Of a stretch of DNA of 64,000 bases, positions 51,653-64,000 are shown piece by piece. Both the position numbers and the translations under genes were made by a program. The notes below the pieces were generated by a model. It was given only the letters and a program-made list of their open reading frames with translations, was not told the origin of the DNA and did no database searches. The DNA lies in assembly GCF_029227855.1 (NCBI RefSeq), contig NZ_CP074356.1; one strand, 5' to 3'. The DNA is from Escherichia coli. GTDB taxonomy: Bacteria; Pseudomonadota; Gammaproteobacteria; Enterobacterales; Enterobacteriaceae. How positions within the stretch are numbered: the first letter of the stretch is position 1; every line of letters begins with the position of its first letter.

Positions 51653-53097
51653 CGCTGGATACGCTTAATGTGATGCTGGCCGTCAGCGAAGAGGGATTGA
51701 TCGAAGAGATGATCATCGCGCTGCTGGCCTCACCGCAGCTGGCAGTCTTCTTTGAAAAATTCCCACGACTGAAGGCTGCAATCACTGATGATGTTCCCCG
51801 CTGGCGTGAGGCGCTGCGCAGTCGGCTGAAAGATGCCCGAGTCCCGCCGGAACTCACCGAAGAGGTGATGTGCTATCAGCAAAGCCAGCTCCTCTCCACG
51901 CCGCAGTTTATTGTGCAGCTACCACAGATCCTGGACTTACTGCATCGTCTGAATTCCCCATGGGCAGAACAAGCCCGACAGTTGGTTGATGCTAACAGCA
52001 CGATCACTTCAGCGTTACATACGCTTTTCCTCCAGCGTTGGCGTTTAAGTCTGATCGTGCAAGCAACGACGTTAAATCAACAGCTATTAGAAGAAGAACG
52101 CGAACAACTGTTAAGTGAAGTTCAGGAACGCATGACGCTGAGCGGACAACTTGAACCGATTCTCGCAGATAACAATACCGCAGCTGGTCGTCTGTGGGAT
52201 ATGAGCGCCGGTCAGCTTAAACGTGGCGACTATCAGTTGATTGTGAAATACGGTGAATTTCTTAACGAACAGCCGGAACTGAAACGCCTGGCAGAACAGC
52301 TGGGGCGTTCCCGGGAAGCCAAATCAATACCGCGTAACGATGCGCAGATGGAAGCCTTCCGCACCATGGTGCGCGAACCGGCAACTGTTCCTGAGCAGGT
52401 TGATGGTCTGCAACAAAGCGATGATATTTTACGTCTCCTGCCGCCAGAACTGGCGACACTAGGGATAACGGAACTGGAGTATGAGTTTTACCGTCGGCTG
52501 GTGGAAAAACAGTTGCTCACCTATCGCCTGCACGGTGAGTCGTGGCGTGAAAAAGTGATCGAACGTCCGGTGGTACATAAAGATTACGATGAACAGCCGC
52601 GCGGGCCGTTTATTGTCTGTGTGGATACTTCCGGCTCAATGGGCGGCTTTAATGAACAGTGTGCGAAAGCGTTCTGCCTGGCCTTGATGCGCATTGCTCT
52701 CGCTGAAAACCGGCGCTGCTATATTATGCTATTTTCCACCGAGATCGTCCGTTATGAGCTTTCAGGCCCACAAGGCATCGAACAAGCAATCCGTTTTTTA
52801 AGCCAGCAGTTTCGTGGCGGCACCGATCTTGCCAGTTGTTTTCGCGCCATTATGGAACGCTTGCAAAGCAGGGAATGGTTTGATGCCGACGCGGTGGTGA
52901 TTTCTGATTTTATCGCTCAGCGGTTGCCTGACGACGTGACGAGTAAAGTGAAAGAGCTGCAGCGGGTACATCAGCATCGCTTTCATGCCGTGGCGATGTC
53001 GGCACACGGCAAACCCGGCATCATGCGCATTTTCGATCATATCTGGCGCTTTGATACCGGGATGCGAAGCCGCCTGCTCAGACGCTGGCGGCGATAA
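51646..53097 (+). CDS. viaA: von Willebrand factor A-domain protein ViaA
   Basis: 483-aa [34 protein letters not shown] with a C-terminal VWA region (VCVDTSGSM); overlaps ravA by 7 nt. Confidence 0.93.
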
Positions 53098-53101
53098 ATT
53101 A

Positions 53102-54094
53102 TTACAGCAGAGAAGGGACGTTCTCGCGAACAGCAGCTGGCCATACACCACACTGAACCTGGCCGATATGCGGCAGTTGCAGCAGCAGCATGGTCAAACG
53201 AGACTGGCCGATACCGCCGCCGATGGTCTGCGGCATTTCACCGCGCAGCAGCGCCTGATGCCACTCCAGCTCCAGACGATCTTCATCACCGGTCAGCGCC
53301 AACTGATGCTTCAACGTGTCGGCATCCACGCGGATCCCCATGGAAGAAAGCTCAAACGCATCTTCCAGTACAGGGTTCCACACCAGAATATCGCCGTTCA
53401 GACCCGCATGACCCAGCTCTGACGGGGTGCTCCAGTCATCATAATCCGGTGCGCGCACGTCGTGGCGATGACCATCGCTCAGCTTGCCGCCAATCCCGAC
53501 AAGGAATACCGCGCCAAGATCTTTCGCTATCGCCCGCTCACGCCCTTTGGCATCGAGATCCGGATAACGAGACAGTAACTCCTGGCTGTGTACGAAGTGG
53601 ATCTGATCCGGCAGGAACGGTGCCAGGCCAAACTCTTCGCTAACCGCAGCTTCGGTTGCTTTAATTCCCGCCCAGATCGCCTCTACCGTGCTTTTCAGAG
53701 TCGAGAATTGACGCTCACCGTCGCCCATTACGCGTTCCCAGTCCCACTGGTCAACATAGATCGAGTGCAACGGAGAAAGACGGTCTTCATCGGGGCGAAG
53801 GGCTTTCATGTGCGTGTACAGTCCTTCGCCCGCGCTGAAGTCGTGTTGCCCTAAGGTCTGACGTTTCCACTTCGCCAGTGAATGAACCACTTCGAACTGG
53901 GCATCAGGCAGAGCTTTCACTTTTACCTGCACCGCTTTTTCACAGCCCGACAAGTTATCCTGCGTGCCATCCCCCACACGGCTAAGAATCGGCGCCTGGA
54001 CTTCGATCAGCCCCAGACGTTCTTCCAGTTGGCGAGAAAAGTGAGATTTCACGAAGCTAATTTGGCGTTGTTTGGCAATGTAAGCGGTTTTCAT
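53102..54094 (-). CDS. asnA: Aspartate-ammonia ligase (asparagine synthetase A)
   Basis: 330-aa [53 protein letters not shown]. Confidence 0.96.
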   Translation of the reverse strand: MKTAYIAKQRQISFVKSHFSRQLEERLGLIEVQAPILSRVGDGTQDNLSGCEKAVQVKVKALPDAQFEVVHSLAKWKRQTLGQHDFSAGEGLYTHMKALRPDEDRLSPLHSIYVDQWDWERVMGDGERQFSTLKSTVEAIWAGIKATEAAVSEEFGLAPFLPDQIHFVHSQELLSRYPDLDAKGRERAIAKDLGAVFLVGIGGKLSDGHRHDVRAPDYDDWSTPSELGHAGLNGDILVWNPVLEDAFELSSMGIRVDADTLKHQLALTGDEDRLELEWHQALLRGEMPQTIGGGIGQSRLTMLLLQLPHIGQVQCGVWPAAVRENVPSLL

Positions 54095-54245
54095 TTTTTA
54101 TACTCCTGCGTCCTGTTGCTTATGATTAAGCAACAAAAACCGACACACATGCAATAATCATTCAATAAAAAGCCTAACACACTTTTGATTCATTAAAAAA
54201 GAAGGCTAAAATAGAATGAATCATCAATCTGCATAAGAAAATCCT

Positions 54246-54704
54246 ATGGAAAATTATCTGATCGACAATCTGGACCGTGGCATCCTGGAAGCATTAATGG
54301 GCAATGCGCGCACCGCTTACGCCGAACTGGCGAAACAATTTGGCGTCAGTCCGGGGACGATTCACGTTCGAGTAGAGAAAATGAAGCAGGCGGGGATCAT
54401 TACCGGGGCGCGTATTGATGTCAGCCCGAAGCAGCTCGGTTATGACGTAGGCTGCTTTATCGGCATTATATTAAAGAGCGCCAAAGACTACCCTTCCGCG
54501 CTGGCAAAGCTGGAAAGCCTTGATGAAGTCACTGAAGCCTATTACACAACCGGCCACTACAGCATCTTTATAAAAGTGATGTGCCGTTCGATCGACGCTC
54601 TCCAGCATGTACTTATCAACAAGATCCAAACAATTGATGAAATTCAGTCCACCGAGACATTGATCGTCCTGCAAAACCCGATCATGCGTACCATCAAGCC
54701 ATAA
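54246..54704 (+). CDS. asnC: Lrp/AsnC-family transcriptional regulator AsnC
   Basis: 152-aa ORF MENYLIDNLDRGILEALMGNARTAYAELAKQFGVSPGTIHVRVEKMKQAGIITG. Confidence 0.96.
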   Translation: MENYLIDNLDRGILEALMGNARTAYAELAKQFGVSPGTIHVRVEKMKQAGIITGARIDVSPKQLGYDVGCFIGIILKSAKDYPSALAKLESLDEVTEAYYTTGHYSIFIKVMCRSIDALQHVLINKIQTIDEIQSTETLIVLQNPIMRTIKP

Positions 54705-54793
54705 TCGGCTTTTTTAATCCCATACTTTTCCACAGGTAGATCCCAACGCGTTCACAGCGTACAATACGCCACTCTTAATAAAGGTGGCGGTTT

Positions 54794-55237
54794 ATGGCAG
54801 ATATCACTCTTATCAGCGGCAGCACCCTCGGCGGTGCCGAATATGTAGCAGAACACCTGGCTGAAAAGCTGGAAGAGGCGGGTTTTACCACCGAAACGCT
54901 GCACGGTCCGCTGTTGGAAGATTTATCTGCCTCGGGGATCTGGCTGATTATCAGCTCCACCCACGGTGCCGGAGATATTCCGGACAACCTTTCTCCTTTC
55001 TATGAAGCATTGCAGGAACAGAAGCCCGATCTTTCTGCGGTCCGCTTTGGCGCAATCGGTATTGGCAGTCGTGAATATGACACCTTTTGTGGGGCTATCG
55101 ATAAACTCGAGGCAGAACTCAAAAATTCCGGTGCAAAACAGACAGGCGAAACACTGAAGATCAACATTCTTGATCACGACATTCCGGAAGATCCGGCAGA
55201 AGAATGGCTGGGATCGTGGATTAATTTACTCAAATAA
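54794..55237 (+). CDS. mioC: FMN-binding flavodoxin-like protein MioC
   Basis: 147-aa ORF MADITLISGSTLGGAEYVAEHLAEKLEEAGFTTETLHGPLLEDL; transcribed toward oriC. Confidence 0.95.
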   Translation: MADITLISGSTLGGAEYVAEHLAEKLEEAGFTTETLHGPLLEDLSASGIWLIISSTHGAGDIPDNLSPFYEALQEQKPDLSAVRFGAIGIGSREYDTFCGAIDKLEAELKNSGAKQTGETLKINILDHDIPEDPAEEWLGSWINLLK

Positions 55238-55244
55238 GTATACA

Positions 55245-55527
55245 GATCGTGCGATCTACTGTGGATAACTCTGTCAGGAAGCTTGGATCAACCGGTAGTT
55301 ATCCAAAGAACAACCGTTGTTCAGTTTTTGAGTTGTGTATAACCCCTCATTCTGATCCCAGCTTATACGGTCCAGGATCACCGATCATTCACAGTTAATG
55401 ATCCTTTCCAGGTTGTTGATCTTAAAAGCCGGATCCTTGTTATCCACAGGGCAGTGCGATCCTAATAAGAGATCACAATAGAACAGATCTCTAAATAAAT
55501 AGATCTTCTTTTTAATACCCAGGATCC
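55245..55527. other. oriC: Chromosomal replication origin oriC
   Basis: DnaA boxes tgtggataa (R4, 55260-55268), ttatccaaa (55299-55307), tgtgtataa (R2, 55334-55342), ttatccaca (R1, 55440-55448); about 14 GATC sites; AT-rich 13-mers adjacent; lies between mioC and mnmG. Confidence 0.95.
55462..55505. repeat. oriC DNA unwinding element: three AT-rich 13-mers
   Basis: Reverse complements of gatctcttattag (55462-55474), gatctgttctatt (55477-55489) and gatctatttattt (55493-55505). Confidence 0.9.
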
Positions 55528-55615
55528 CAGGTCTTTCTCAAGCCGACAAAGTTGAGTAGAATCCACGGCCCGGGCTTCAATCCATTTTCATACCGCGTTA
55601 TGCGAGGCAATCACC

Positions 55616-57505
55616 ATGTTTTATCCGGATCCTTTTGACGTCATCATCATTGGCGGGGGTCATGCAGGCACCGAGGCCGCGATGGCCGCGGCGCGTATGG
55701 GTCAACAGACTCTGCTTTTGACACACAATATCGACACTCTGGGGCAGATGAGCTGCAACCCGGCGATCGGCGGTATTGGGAAGGGACATCTGGTAAAAGA
55801 AGTGGATGCACTCGGCGGTCTGATGGCGAAAGCGATCGATCAAGCGGGTATCCAGTTTAGGATACTAAACGCAAGCAAAGGACCGGCGGTTCGCGCTACC
55901 CGAGCTCAGGCGGATCGTGTGCTCTACCGTCAGGCGGTACGTACGGCGCTGGAGAACCAACCGAACCTGATGATCTTCCAGCAGGCGGTTGAAGATCTTA
56001 TTGTCGAAAACGATCGCGTGGTCGGTGCTGTTACCCAAATGGGACTGAAGTTCCGTGCCAAAGCCGTCGTGCTCACCGTTGGGACGTTCCTCGACGGTAA
56101 AATTCATATCGGTCTGGATAATTACAGCGGTGGCCGTGCTGGTGATCCGCCGTCCATTCCGCTTTCTCGCCGTTTGCGTGAACTGCCGCTGCGCGTTGGT
56201 CGTCTGAAAACCGGGACACCACCGCGTATTGATGCTCGAACTATCGACTTTAGTGTGCTGGCGCAACAGCATGGCGATAACCCAATGCCGGTATTCTCGT
56301 TTATGGGCAATGCGTCCCAGCATCCCCAGCAGGTGCCGTGTTATATCACTCATACCAACGAGAAAACCCATGATGTGATCCGCAGTAACCTCGATCGTAG
56401 CCCAATGTATGCAGGGGTGATCGAAGGTGTCGGCCCACGCTACTGCCCGTCGATCGAAGACAAAGTCATGCGCTTCGCCGACAGAAATCAGCATCAGATC
56501 TTCCTTGAACCGGAAGGACTGACCTCTAATGAAATTTATCCGAACGGTATCTCCACCAGCCTGCCGTTCGATGTGCAGATGCAAATCGTCCGCTCTATGC
56601 AGGGGATGGAAAACGCGAAGATCGTGCGTCCGGGTTATGCCATTGAGTATGACTTCTTCGATCCTCGCGACCTGAAACCGACGCTGGAGAGCAAGTTTAT
56701 CCAGGGGCTGTTCTTTGCTGGTCAGATTAACGGCACTACCGGTTACGAAGAAGCCGCTGCGCAAGGTTTGCTGGCCGGTCTTAACGCTGCCCGTCTGTCT
56801 GCTGACAAAGAAGGTTGGGCTCCGGCACGTTCTCAGGCGTATCTCGGCGTACTAGTTGATGACCTGTGCACTTTAGGAACCAAAGAACCGTATCGTATGT
56901 TTACTTCGCGCGCAGAATATCGTCTGATGCTACGCGAAGATAATGCGGATCTGCGTTTGACTGAAATCGGTCGTGAACTGGGCCTGGTGGATGACGAACG
57001 TTGGGCGCGCTTTAACGAGAAACTTGAGAATATCGAGCGTGAGCGTCAGCGTCTGAAATCGACCTGGGTAACCCCGTCGGCGGAAGCTGCAGCCGAAGTG
57101 AATGCTCACCTGACTGCGCCGCTTTCCCGTGAAGCCAGTGGTGAAGATCTGCTGCGTCGTCCGGAAATGACTTATGAAAAATTAACCACGCTGACGCCGT
57201 TTGCCCCTGCATTGACAGACGAACAGGCGGCGGAACAGGTTGAGATTCAGGTTAAATACGAAGGTTATATCGCGCGCCAGCAAGATGAGATCGAAAAGCA
57301 GCTGCGTAACGAGAACACCCTGCTACCCGCGACACTGGATTACCGCCAGGTATCCGGTCTTTCTAACGAAGTGATCGCCAAACTTAACGATCACAAACCA
57401 GCCTCTATCGGCCAGGCTTCGCGTATTTCTGGCGTCACGCCTGCGGCCATCTCCATTCTGCTGGTGTGGCTGAAAAAACAGGGTATGCTGCGTCGTAGCG
57501 CATAA
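55616..57505 (+). CDS. mnmG: tRNA uridine 5-carboxymethylaminomethyl modification enzyme MnmG (GidA)
   Basis: 629-aa [56 protein letters not shown] with an FAD-binding GxGxxG motif. Confidence 0.96.
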
Positions 57506-57568
57506 CGCATTAAAAATGCCTGGTAAGCACCCGCTTACCAGGCAACGCATCAAGAACAGGTAATCACC

Positions 57569-58192
57569 GTGCTCAACAAACTCTCCTTACTGCTGAAAGA
57601 CGCAGGTATTTCGCTTACCGATCACCAGAAAAACCAGCTTATTGCCTACGTGAATATGCTGCATAAATGGAACAAAGCGTACAACCTGACTTCGGTCCGC
57701 GATCCTAATGAGATGCTGGTACGCCATATTCTCGATAGCATTGTGGTGGCACCGTATCTGCAAGGTGAACGGTTTATCGATGTCGGCACCGGTCCTGGAC
57801 TGCCTGGCATTCCACTCTCTATCGTGCGTCCTGAAGCCCATTTCACTCTGTTGGATAGCCTTGGTAAACGCGTGCGTTTCCTTCGTCAGGTGCAACATGA
57901 GCTTAAACTGGAGAATATTGAACCAGTACAGAGCAGGGTAGAAGAGTTTCCTTCAGAGCCGCCATTTGATGGCGTAATTAGCCGCGCTTTTGCCTCTCTG
58001 AACGATATGGTGAGCTGGTGCCACCATCTTCCTGGTGAGCAAGGCCGTTTCTACGCGCTAAAAGGGCAAATGCCGGAAGATGAAATCGCTTTGTTGCCCG
58101 AAGAATATCAGGTCGAATCAGTGGTTAAACTTCAGGTTCCAGCCCTGGATGGCGAACGTCATCTGGTGGTGATTAAAGCAAATAAAATTTAA
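57569..58192 (+). CDS. rsmG: 16S rRNA m7G527 methyltransferase RsmG (GidB)
   Basis: 207-aa ORF from GTG 57569: (M)[42 protein letters not shown]. Confidence 0.94.
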
Positions 58193-58279
58193 TTTTTATC
58201 AAAAAAATCATAAAAAATTGACCGGTTAGACTGTTAACAACAACCAGGTTTTCTACTGATATAACTGGTTACATTTAAC

Positions 58280-58326
58280 GCCACGTTCACTCTTTTGCAT
58301 CAACAAGATAACGTGGCTTTTTTTGG
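58280..58326 (+). terminator. Putative terminator downstream of rsmG
   Basis: Inverted repeat gccacgtt...aacgtggc followed by tttttttt (58318-58325); the loop is unusually long, so this is uncertain. Confidence 0.4.
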
Positions 58327-58689
58327 TAAGCAGAAAATAAGTCATTAGTGAAAATATCAGTCTGCTAAAAATCGGCGCTAAGAACCATCATTGGCTGTTA
58401 AAACATTATTAAAAATGTCAATGGGTGGTTTTTGTTGTGTAAATGTCATTTATTAAAACAGTATCTGTTTTTAGACTGAAATATCATAAACTTGCAAAGG
58501 CATCATTTGCCAAGTAAATAAATATGCTGTGCGCGAACATGCGCAATATGTGATCTGAAGCACGCTTTATCACCAGTGTTTACGCGTTATTTACAGTTTT
58601 TCATGATCGAACAGGGTTAGCAGAAAAGTCGCAATTGTATGCACTGGAAAAATATTTAAACATTTATTCACCTTTTGGCTACTTATTGT

Positions 58690-58717
58690 TTGAAATCACG
58701 GGGGCGCACCGTATAAT
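58690..58717 (+). promoter_or_regulatory. atp operon promoter
   Basis: ttgaaa-(16)-tataat (58690-58695 and 58712-58717), roughly 73 bp upstream of the atpI GTG. Confidence 0.7.
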
Positions 58718-58796
58718 TTGACCGCTTTTTGATGCTTGACTCTAAGCCTTAAAGAAAGTTTTATACGACACGCGGCATACCTCGAAGGGAGCAGGA

Positions 58797-60013
<1,217 letters not shown>

Positions 60014-60041
60014 TTTACCAACACTACTACGTTTTAACTGA

Positions 60042-60316
<275 letters not shown>

Positions 60317-60360
60317 TAAAGAGCAATATCAGAACGTTAACTAAATAGAGGCATTGTGCT

Positions 60361-60831
60361 GTGAATCTTAACGCAACAATCCTCGGCCAGGCCATCGCGT
60401 TTGTCCTGTTCGTTCTGTTCTGCATGAAGTACGTATGGCCGCCATTAATGGCAGCCATCGAAAAACGTCAAAAAGAAATTGCTGACGGCCTTGCTTCCGC
60501 AGAACGAGCACATAAGGACCTTGACCTTGCAAAGGCCAGCGCGACCGACCAGCTGAAAAAAGCGAAAGCGGAAGCCCAGGTAATCATCGAGCAGGCGAAC
60601 AAACGCCGCTCGCAGATTCTGGACGAAGCGAAAGCTGAGGCAGAACAGGAACGTACTAAAATCGTGGCCCAGGCGCAGGCAGAAATTGAAGCCGAGCGTA
60701 AACGTGCCCGTGAAGAGCTGCGTAAGCAAGTTGCTATCCTGGCTGTTGCTGGCGCCGAGAAGATCATCGAACGTTCCGTGGATGAAGCTGCTAACAGCGA
60801 CATCGTGGATAAACTTGTCGCTGAACTGTAA
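60361..60831 (+). CDS. atpF: F0F1 ATP synthase subunit b
   Basis: 156-aa ORF from GTG 60361: (M)[49 protein letters not shown]. Confidence 0.97.
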
Positions 60832-60845
60832 GGAGGGAGGGGCTG

Positions 60846-61379
60846 ATGTCTGAATTTATTACGGTAGCTCGCCCCTACGCCAAAGCAGCTTTTGACTTTG
60901 CCGTCGAACACCAAAGTGTAGAACGCTGGCAGGACATGCTGGCGTTTGCCGCCGAGGTAACCAAAAACGAACAAATGGCAGAGCTTCTCTCTGGCGCGCT
61001 TGCGCCAGAAACGCTCGCCGAGTCGTTTATCGCAGTTTGTGGTGAGCAACTGGACGAAAACGGTCAGAACCTGATTCGGGTAATGGCTGAAAATGGTCGT
61101 CTTAACGCGCTCCCGGATGTTCTGGAGCAGTTTATTCACCTTCGTGCCGTGAGTGAGGCTACCGCTGAGGTAGACGTCATTTCCGCTGCCGCACTGAGTG
61201 AACAACAGCTCGCGAAAATTTCTGCTGCGATGGAAAAACGTCTGTCACGCAAAGTTAAGCTGAATTGCAAAATCGATAAGTCTGTAATGGCAGGCGTTAT
61301 CATCCGAGCGGGTGATATGGTCATTGATGGCAGCGTACGCGGTCGTCTTGAGCGCCTTGCAGACGTCTTGCAGTCTTAA
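60846..61379 (+). CDS. atpH: F0F1 ATP synthase subunit delta
   Basis: 177-aa [54 protein letters not shown]. Confidence 0.97.
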
Positions 61380-61391
61380 GGGGACTGGAGC

Positions 61392-62933
61392 ATGCAACTG
61401 AATTCCACCGAAATCAGCGAACTGATCAAGCAGCGCATTGCTCAGTTCAATGTTGTGAGTGAAGCTCACAACGAAGGTACTATTGTTTCTGTAAGTGACG
61501 GTGTTATCCGCATTCACGGCCTGGCCGATTGTATGCAGGGTGAAATGATCTCCCTGCCGGGTAACCGTTACGCTATCGCACTGAACCTCGAGCGCGACTC
61601 TGTAGGTGCGGTTGTTATGGGTCCGTACGCTGACCTTGCCGAAGGCATGAAAGTTAAGTGTACTGGCCGTATCCTGGAAGTTCCGGTTGGCCGTGGCCTG
61701 CTGGGCCGTGTGGTTAACACTCTGGGTGCACCAATCGACGGTAAAGGTCCGCTGGATCACGACGGCTTCTCTGCTGTAGAAGCAATCGCTCCGGGCGTTA
61801 TCGAACGTCAGTCCGTAGATCAGCCGGTACAGACCGGTTATAAAGCCGTTGACTCCATGATCCCAATCGGTCGTGGTCAGCGTGAATTGATCATCGGTGA
61901 CCGTCAGACAGGTAAAACCGCACTGGCTATCGATGCCATCATCAACCAGCGCGATTCCGGTATCAAATGTATCTATGTCGCTATCGGCCAGAAAGCGTCC
62001 ACCATTTCTAACGTGGTACGTAAACTGGAAGAGCACGGCGCACTGGCTAACACCATCGTTGTGGTAGCAACCGCGTCTGAATCCGCTGCACTGCAATACC
62101 TGGCACCGTATGCCGGTTGCGCAATGGGCGAATACTTCCGTGACCGCGGTGAAGATGCGCTGATCATTTACGATGACCTGTCTAAACAGGCTGTTGCTTA
62201 CCGTCAGATCTCCCTGCTGCTCCGTCGTCCGCCAGGACGTGAAGCATTCCCGGGCGACGTTTTCTACCTCCACTCTCGTCTGCTGGAGCGTGCTGCACGT
62301 GTTAACGCCGAATACGTTGAAGCCTTCACCAAAGGTGAAGTGAAAGGGAAAACCGGTTCTCTGACCGCACTGCCGATTATCGAAACTCAGGCGGGTGACG
62401 TTTCTGCGTTCGTTCCGACCAACGTAATCTCCATTACCGATGGTCAGATCTTCCTGGAAACCAACCTGTTCAACGCCGGTATTCGTCCTGCGGTTAACCC
62501 GGGTATTTCCGTATCCCGTGTTGGTGGTGCAGCACAGACCAAGATCATGAAAAAACTGTCCGGTGGTATCCGTACCGCTCTGGCACAGTATCGTGAACTG
62601 GCAGCGTTCTCTCAGTTTGCATCCGACCTTGACGATGCAACACGTAAGCAGCTTGACCACGGTCAGAAAGTGACCGAACTGCTGAAACAGAAACAGTATG
62701 CGCCGATGTCCGTTGCGCAGCAGTCTCTGGTTCTGTTCGCAGCAGAACGTGGTTACCTGGCGGATGTTGAACTGTCGAAAATTGGCAGCTTCGAAGCCGC
62801 TCTGCTGGCTTACGTCGACCGTGATCACGCTCCGTTGATGCAAGAGATCAACCAGACCGGTGGCTACAACGACGAAATCGAAGGCAAGCTGAAAGGCATC
62901 CTCGATTCCTTCAAAGCAACCCAATCCTGGTAA
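61392..62933 (+). CDS. atpA: F0F1 ATP synthase subunit alpha
   Basis: 513-aa [56 protein letters not shown] with Walker A GDRQTGKT. Confidence 0.98.
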
Positions 62934-62983
62934 CGTCTGGCGGCTTGCCTTAGGGCAGGCCGCAAGGCATTGAGGAGAAGCTC

Positions 62984-63847
62984 ATGGCCGGCGCAAAAGA
63001 GATACGTAGTAAGATCGCAAGCGTCCAGAACACGCAAAAGATCACTAAAGCGATGGAGATGGTCGCCGCTTCCAAAATGCGTAAATCGCAGGATCGCATG
63101 GCGGCCAGCCGTCCTTATGCAGAAACCATGCGCAAAGTGATTGGTCACCTTGCACACGGTAATCTGGAATATAAGCACCCTTACCTGGAAGACCGCGACG
63201 TTAAACGCGTGGGCTACCTGGTGGTGTCGACCGACCGTGGTTTGTGCGGTGGTTTGAACATTAACCTGTTCAAAAAACTGCTGGCGGAAATGAAGACCTG
63301 GACCGACAAAGGCGTTCAATGCGACCTCGCAATGATCGGCTCGAAAGGCGTGTCGTTCTTCAACTCCGTGGGCGGCAATGTTGTTGCCCAGGTCACCGGC
63401 ATGGGGGATAACCCTTCCCTGTCCGAACTGATCGGTCCGGTAAAAGTGATGTTGCAGGCCTACGACGAAGGCCGTCTGGACAAGCTTTACATTGTCAGCA
63501 ACAAATTTATTAACACTATGTCTCAGGTTCCGACCATCAGCCAGCTGCTGCCGTTACCGGCATCAGATGATGATGATCTGAAACATAAATCCTGGGATTA
63601 CCTGTACGAACCCGATCCGAAGGCGTTGCTGGATACCCTGCTGCGTCGTTATGTCGAATCTCAGGTTTATCAGGGCGTGGTTGAAAACCTGGCCAGCGAG
63701 CAGGCCGCCCGTATGGTGGCGATGAAAGCCGCGACCGACAATGGCGGCAGCCTGATTAAAGAGCTGCAGTTGGTATACAACAAAGCTCGTCAGGCCAGCA
63801 TTACTCAGGAACTCACCGAGATCGTCTCGGGGGCCGCCGCGGTTTAA
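62984..63847 (+). CDS. atpG: F0F1 ATP synthase subunit gamma
   Basis: 287-aa [60 protein letters not shown]. Confidence 0.97.
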
Positions 63848-63873
63848 ACAGGTTATTTCGTAGAGGATTTAAG

Positions 63874-64000
63874 ATGGCTACTGGAAAGATTGTCCAGGTA
63901 ATCGGCGCCGTAGTTGACGTCGAATTCCCTCAGGATGCCGTACCGCGCGTGTACGATGCTCTTGAGGTGCAAAATGGTAATGAGCGTCTGGTGCTGGAAG
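63874..64000 (+). CDS. atpD: F0F1 ATP synthase subunit beta, N-terminal part (gene continues beyond window end)
   Basis: ATG at 63874; translation [42 protein letters not shown]. Confidence 0.93.

Noticed and set aside
55865-56764. 299-aa minus-strand ORF antisense to mnmG
   Set aside because: Shadow ORF within mnmG; no independent signals.
60468-62924. Long minus-strand ORFs (245 aa and 559 aa) antisense to atpF, atpH and atpA
   Set aside because: Shadow ORFs across highly expressed, strongly codon-biased atp genes; Cys/Arg-rich translations; no start context.

Overview
This window is a contiguous, syntenic stretch of the Escherichia coli core chromosome around the replication origin, and I did not find an undescribed system in it. 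Essentially every long ORF translates to a protein I recognise, in the known gene order (reverse-complemented relative to the usual K-12 map direction): yifK (5' part), the 12-gene enterobacterial common antigen cluster (wecA to wecG), rhoL-rho, trxA, rhlB, gppA, rep, a yifN-like ORF, ppiC, ilvC, ilvY, ilvADEMG with ilvX and the ilvL leader, comM, maoP(yifE), hdfR, the complete rrnC operon (16S, tRNA-Glu, 23S, 5S, tRNA-Asp, tRNA-Trp), yieP, hsrA, rbsRKBCAD, kup, ravA-viaA, asnA, asnC, mioC, oriC, mnmG, rsmG and atpIBEFHAG plus the start of atpD. ilvG is an uninterrupted 548-codon ORF, so the source is probably not a K-12 laboratory strain. I saw no IS elements, prophage remnants, CRISPR arrays or compositionally aberrant islands. 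The items most worth a second look are the yifN-like MazF/PemK-fold ORF with no partner gene, a few start-codon ambiguities, the hsrA/rbsR 3' overlap and small palindromic intergenic repeats. All gene identifications come from reading the translations and from recalled knowledge of E. coli; no database search was run. Coordinates include stop codons.
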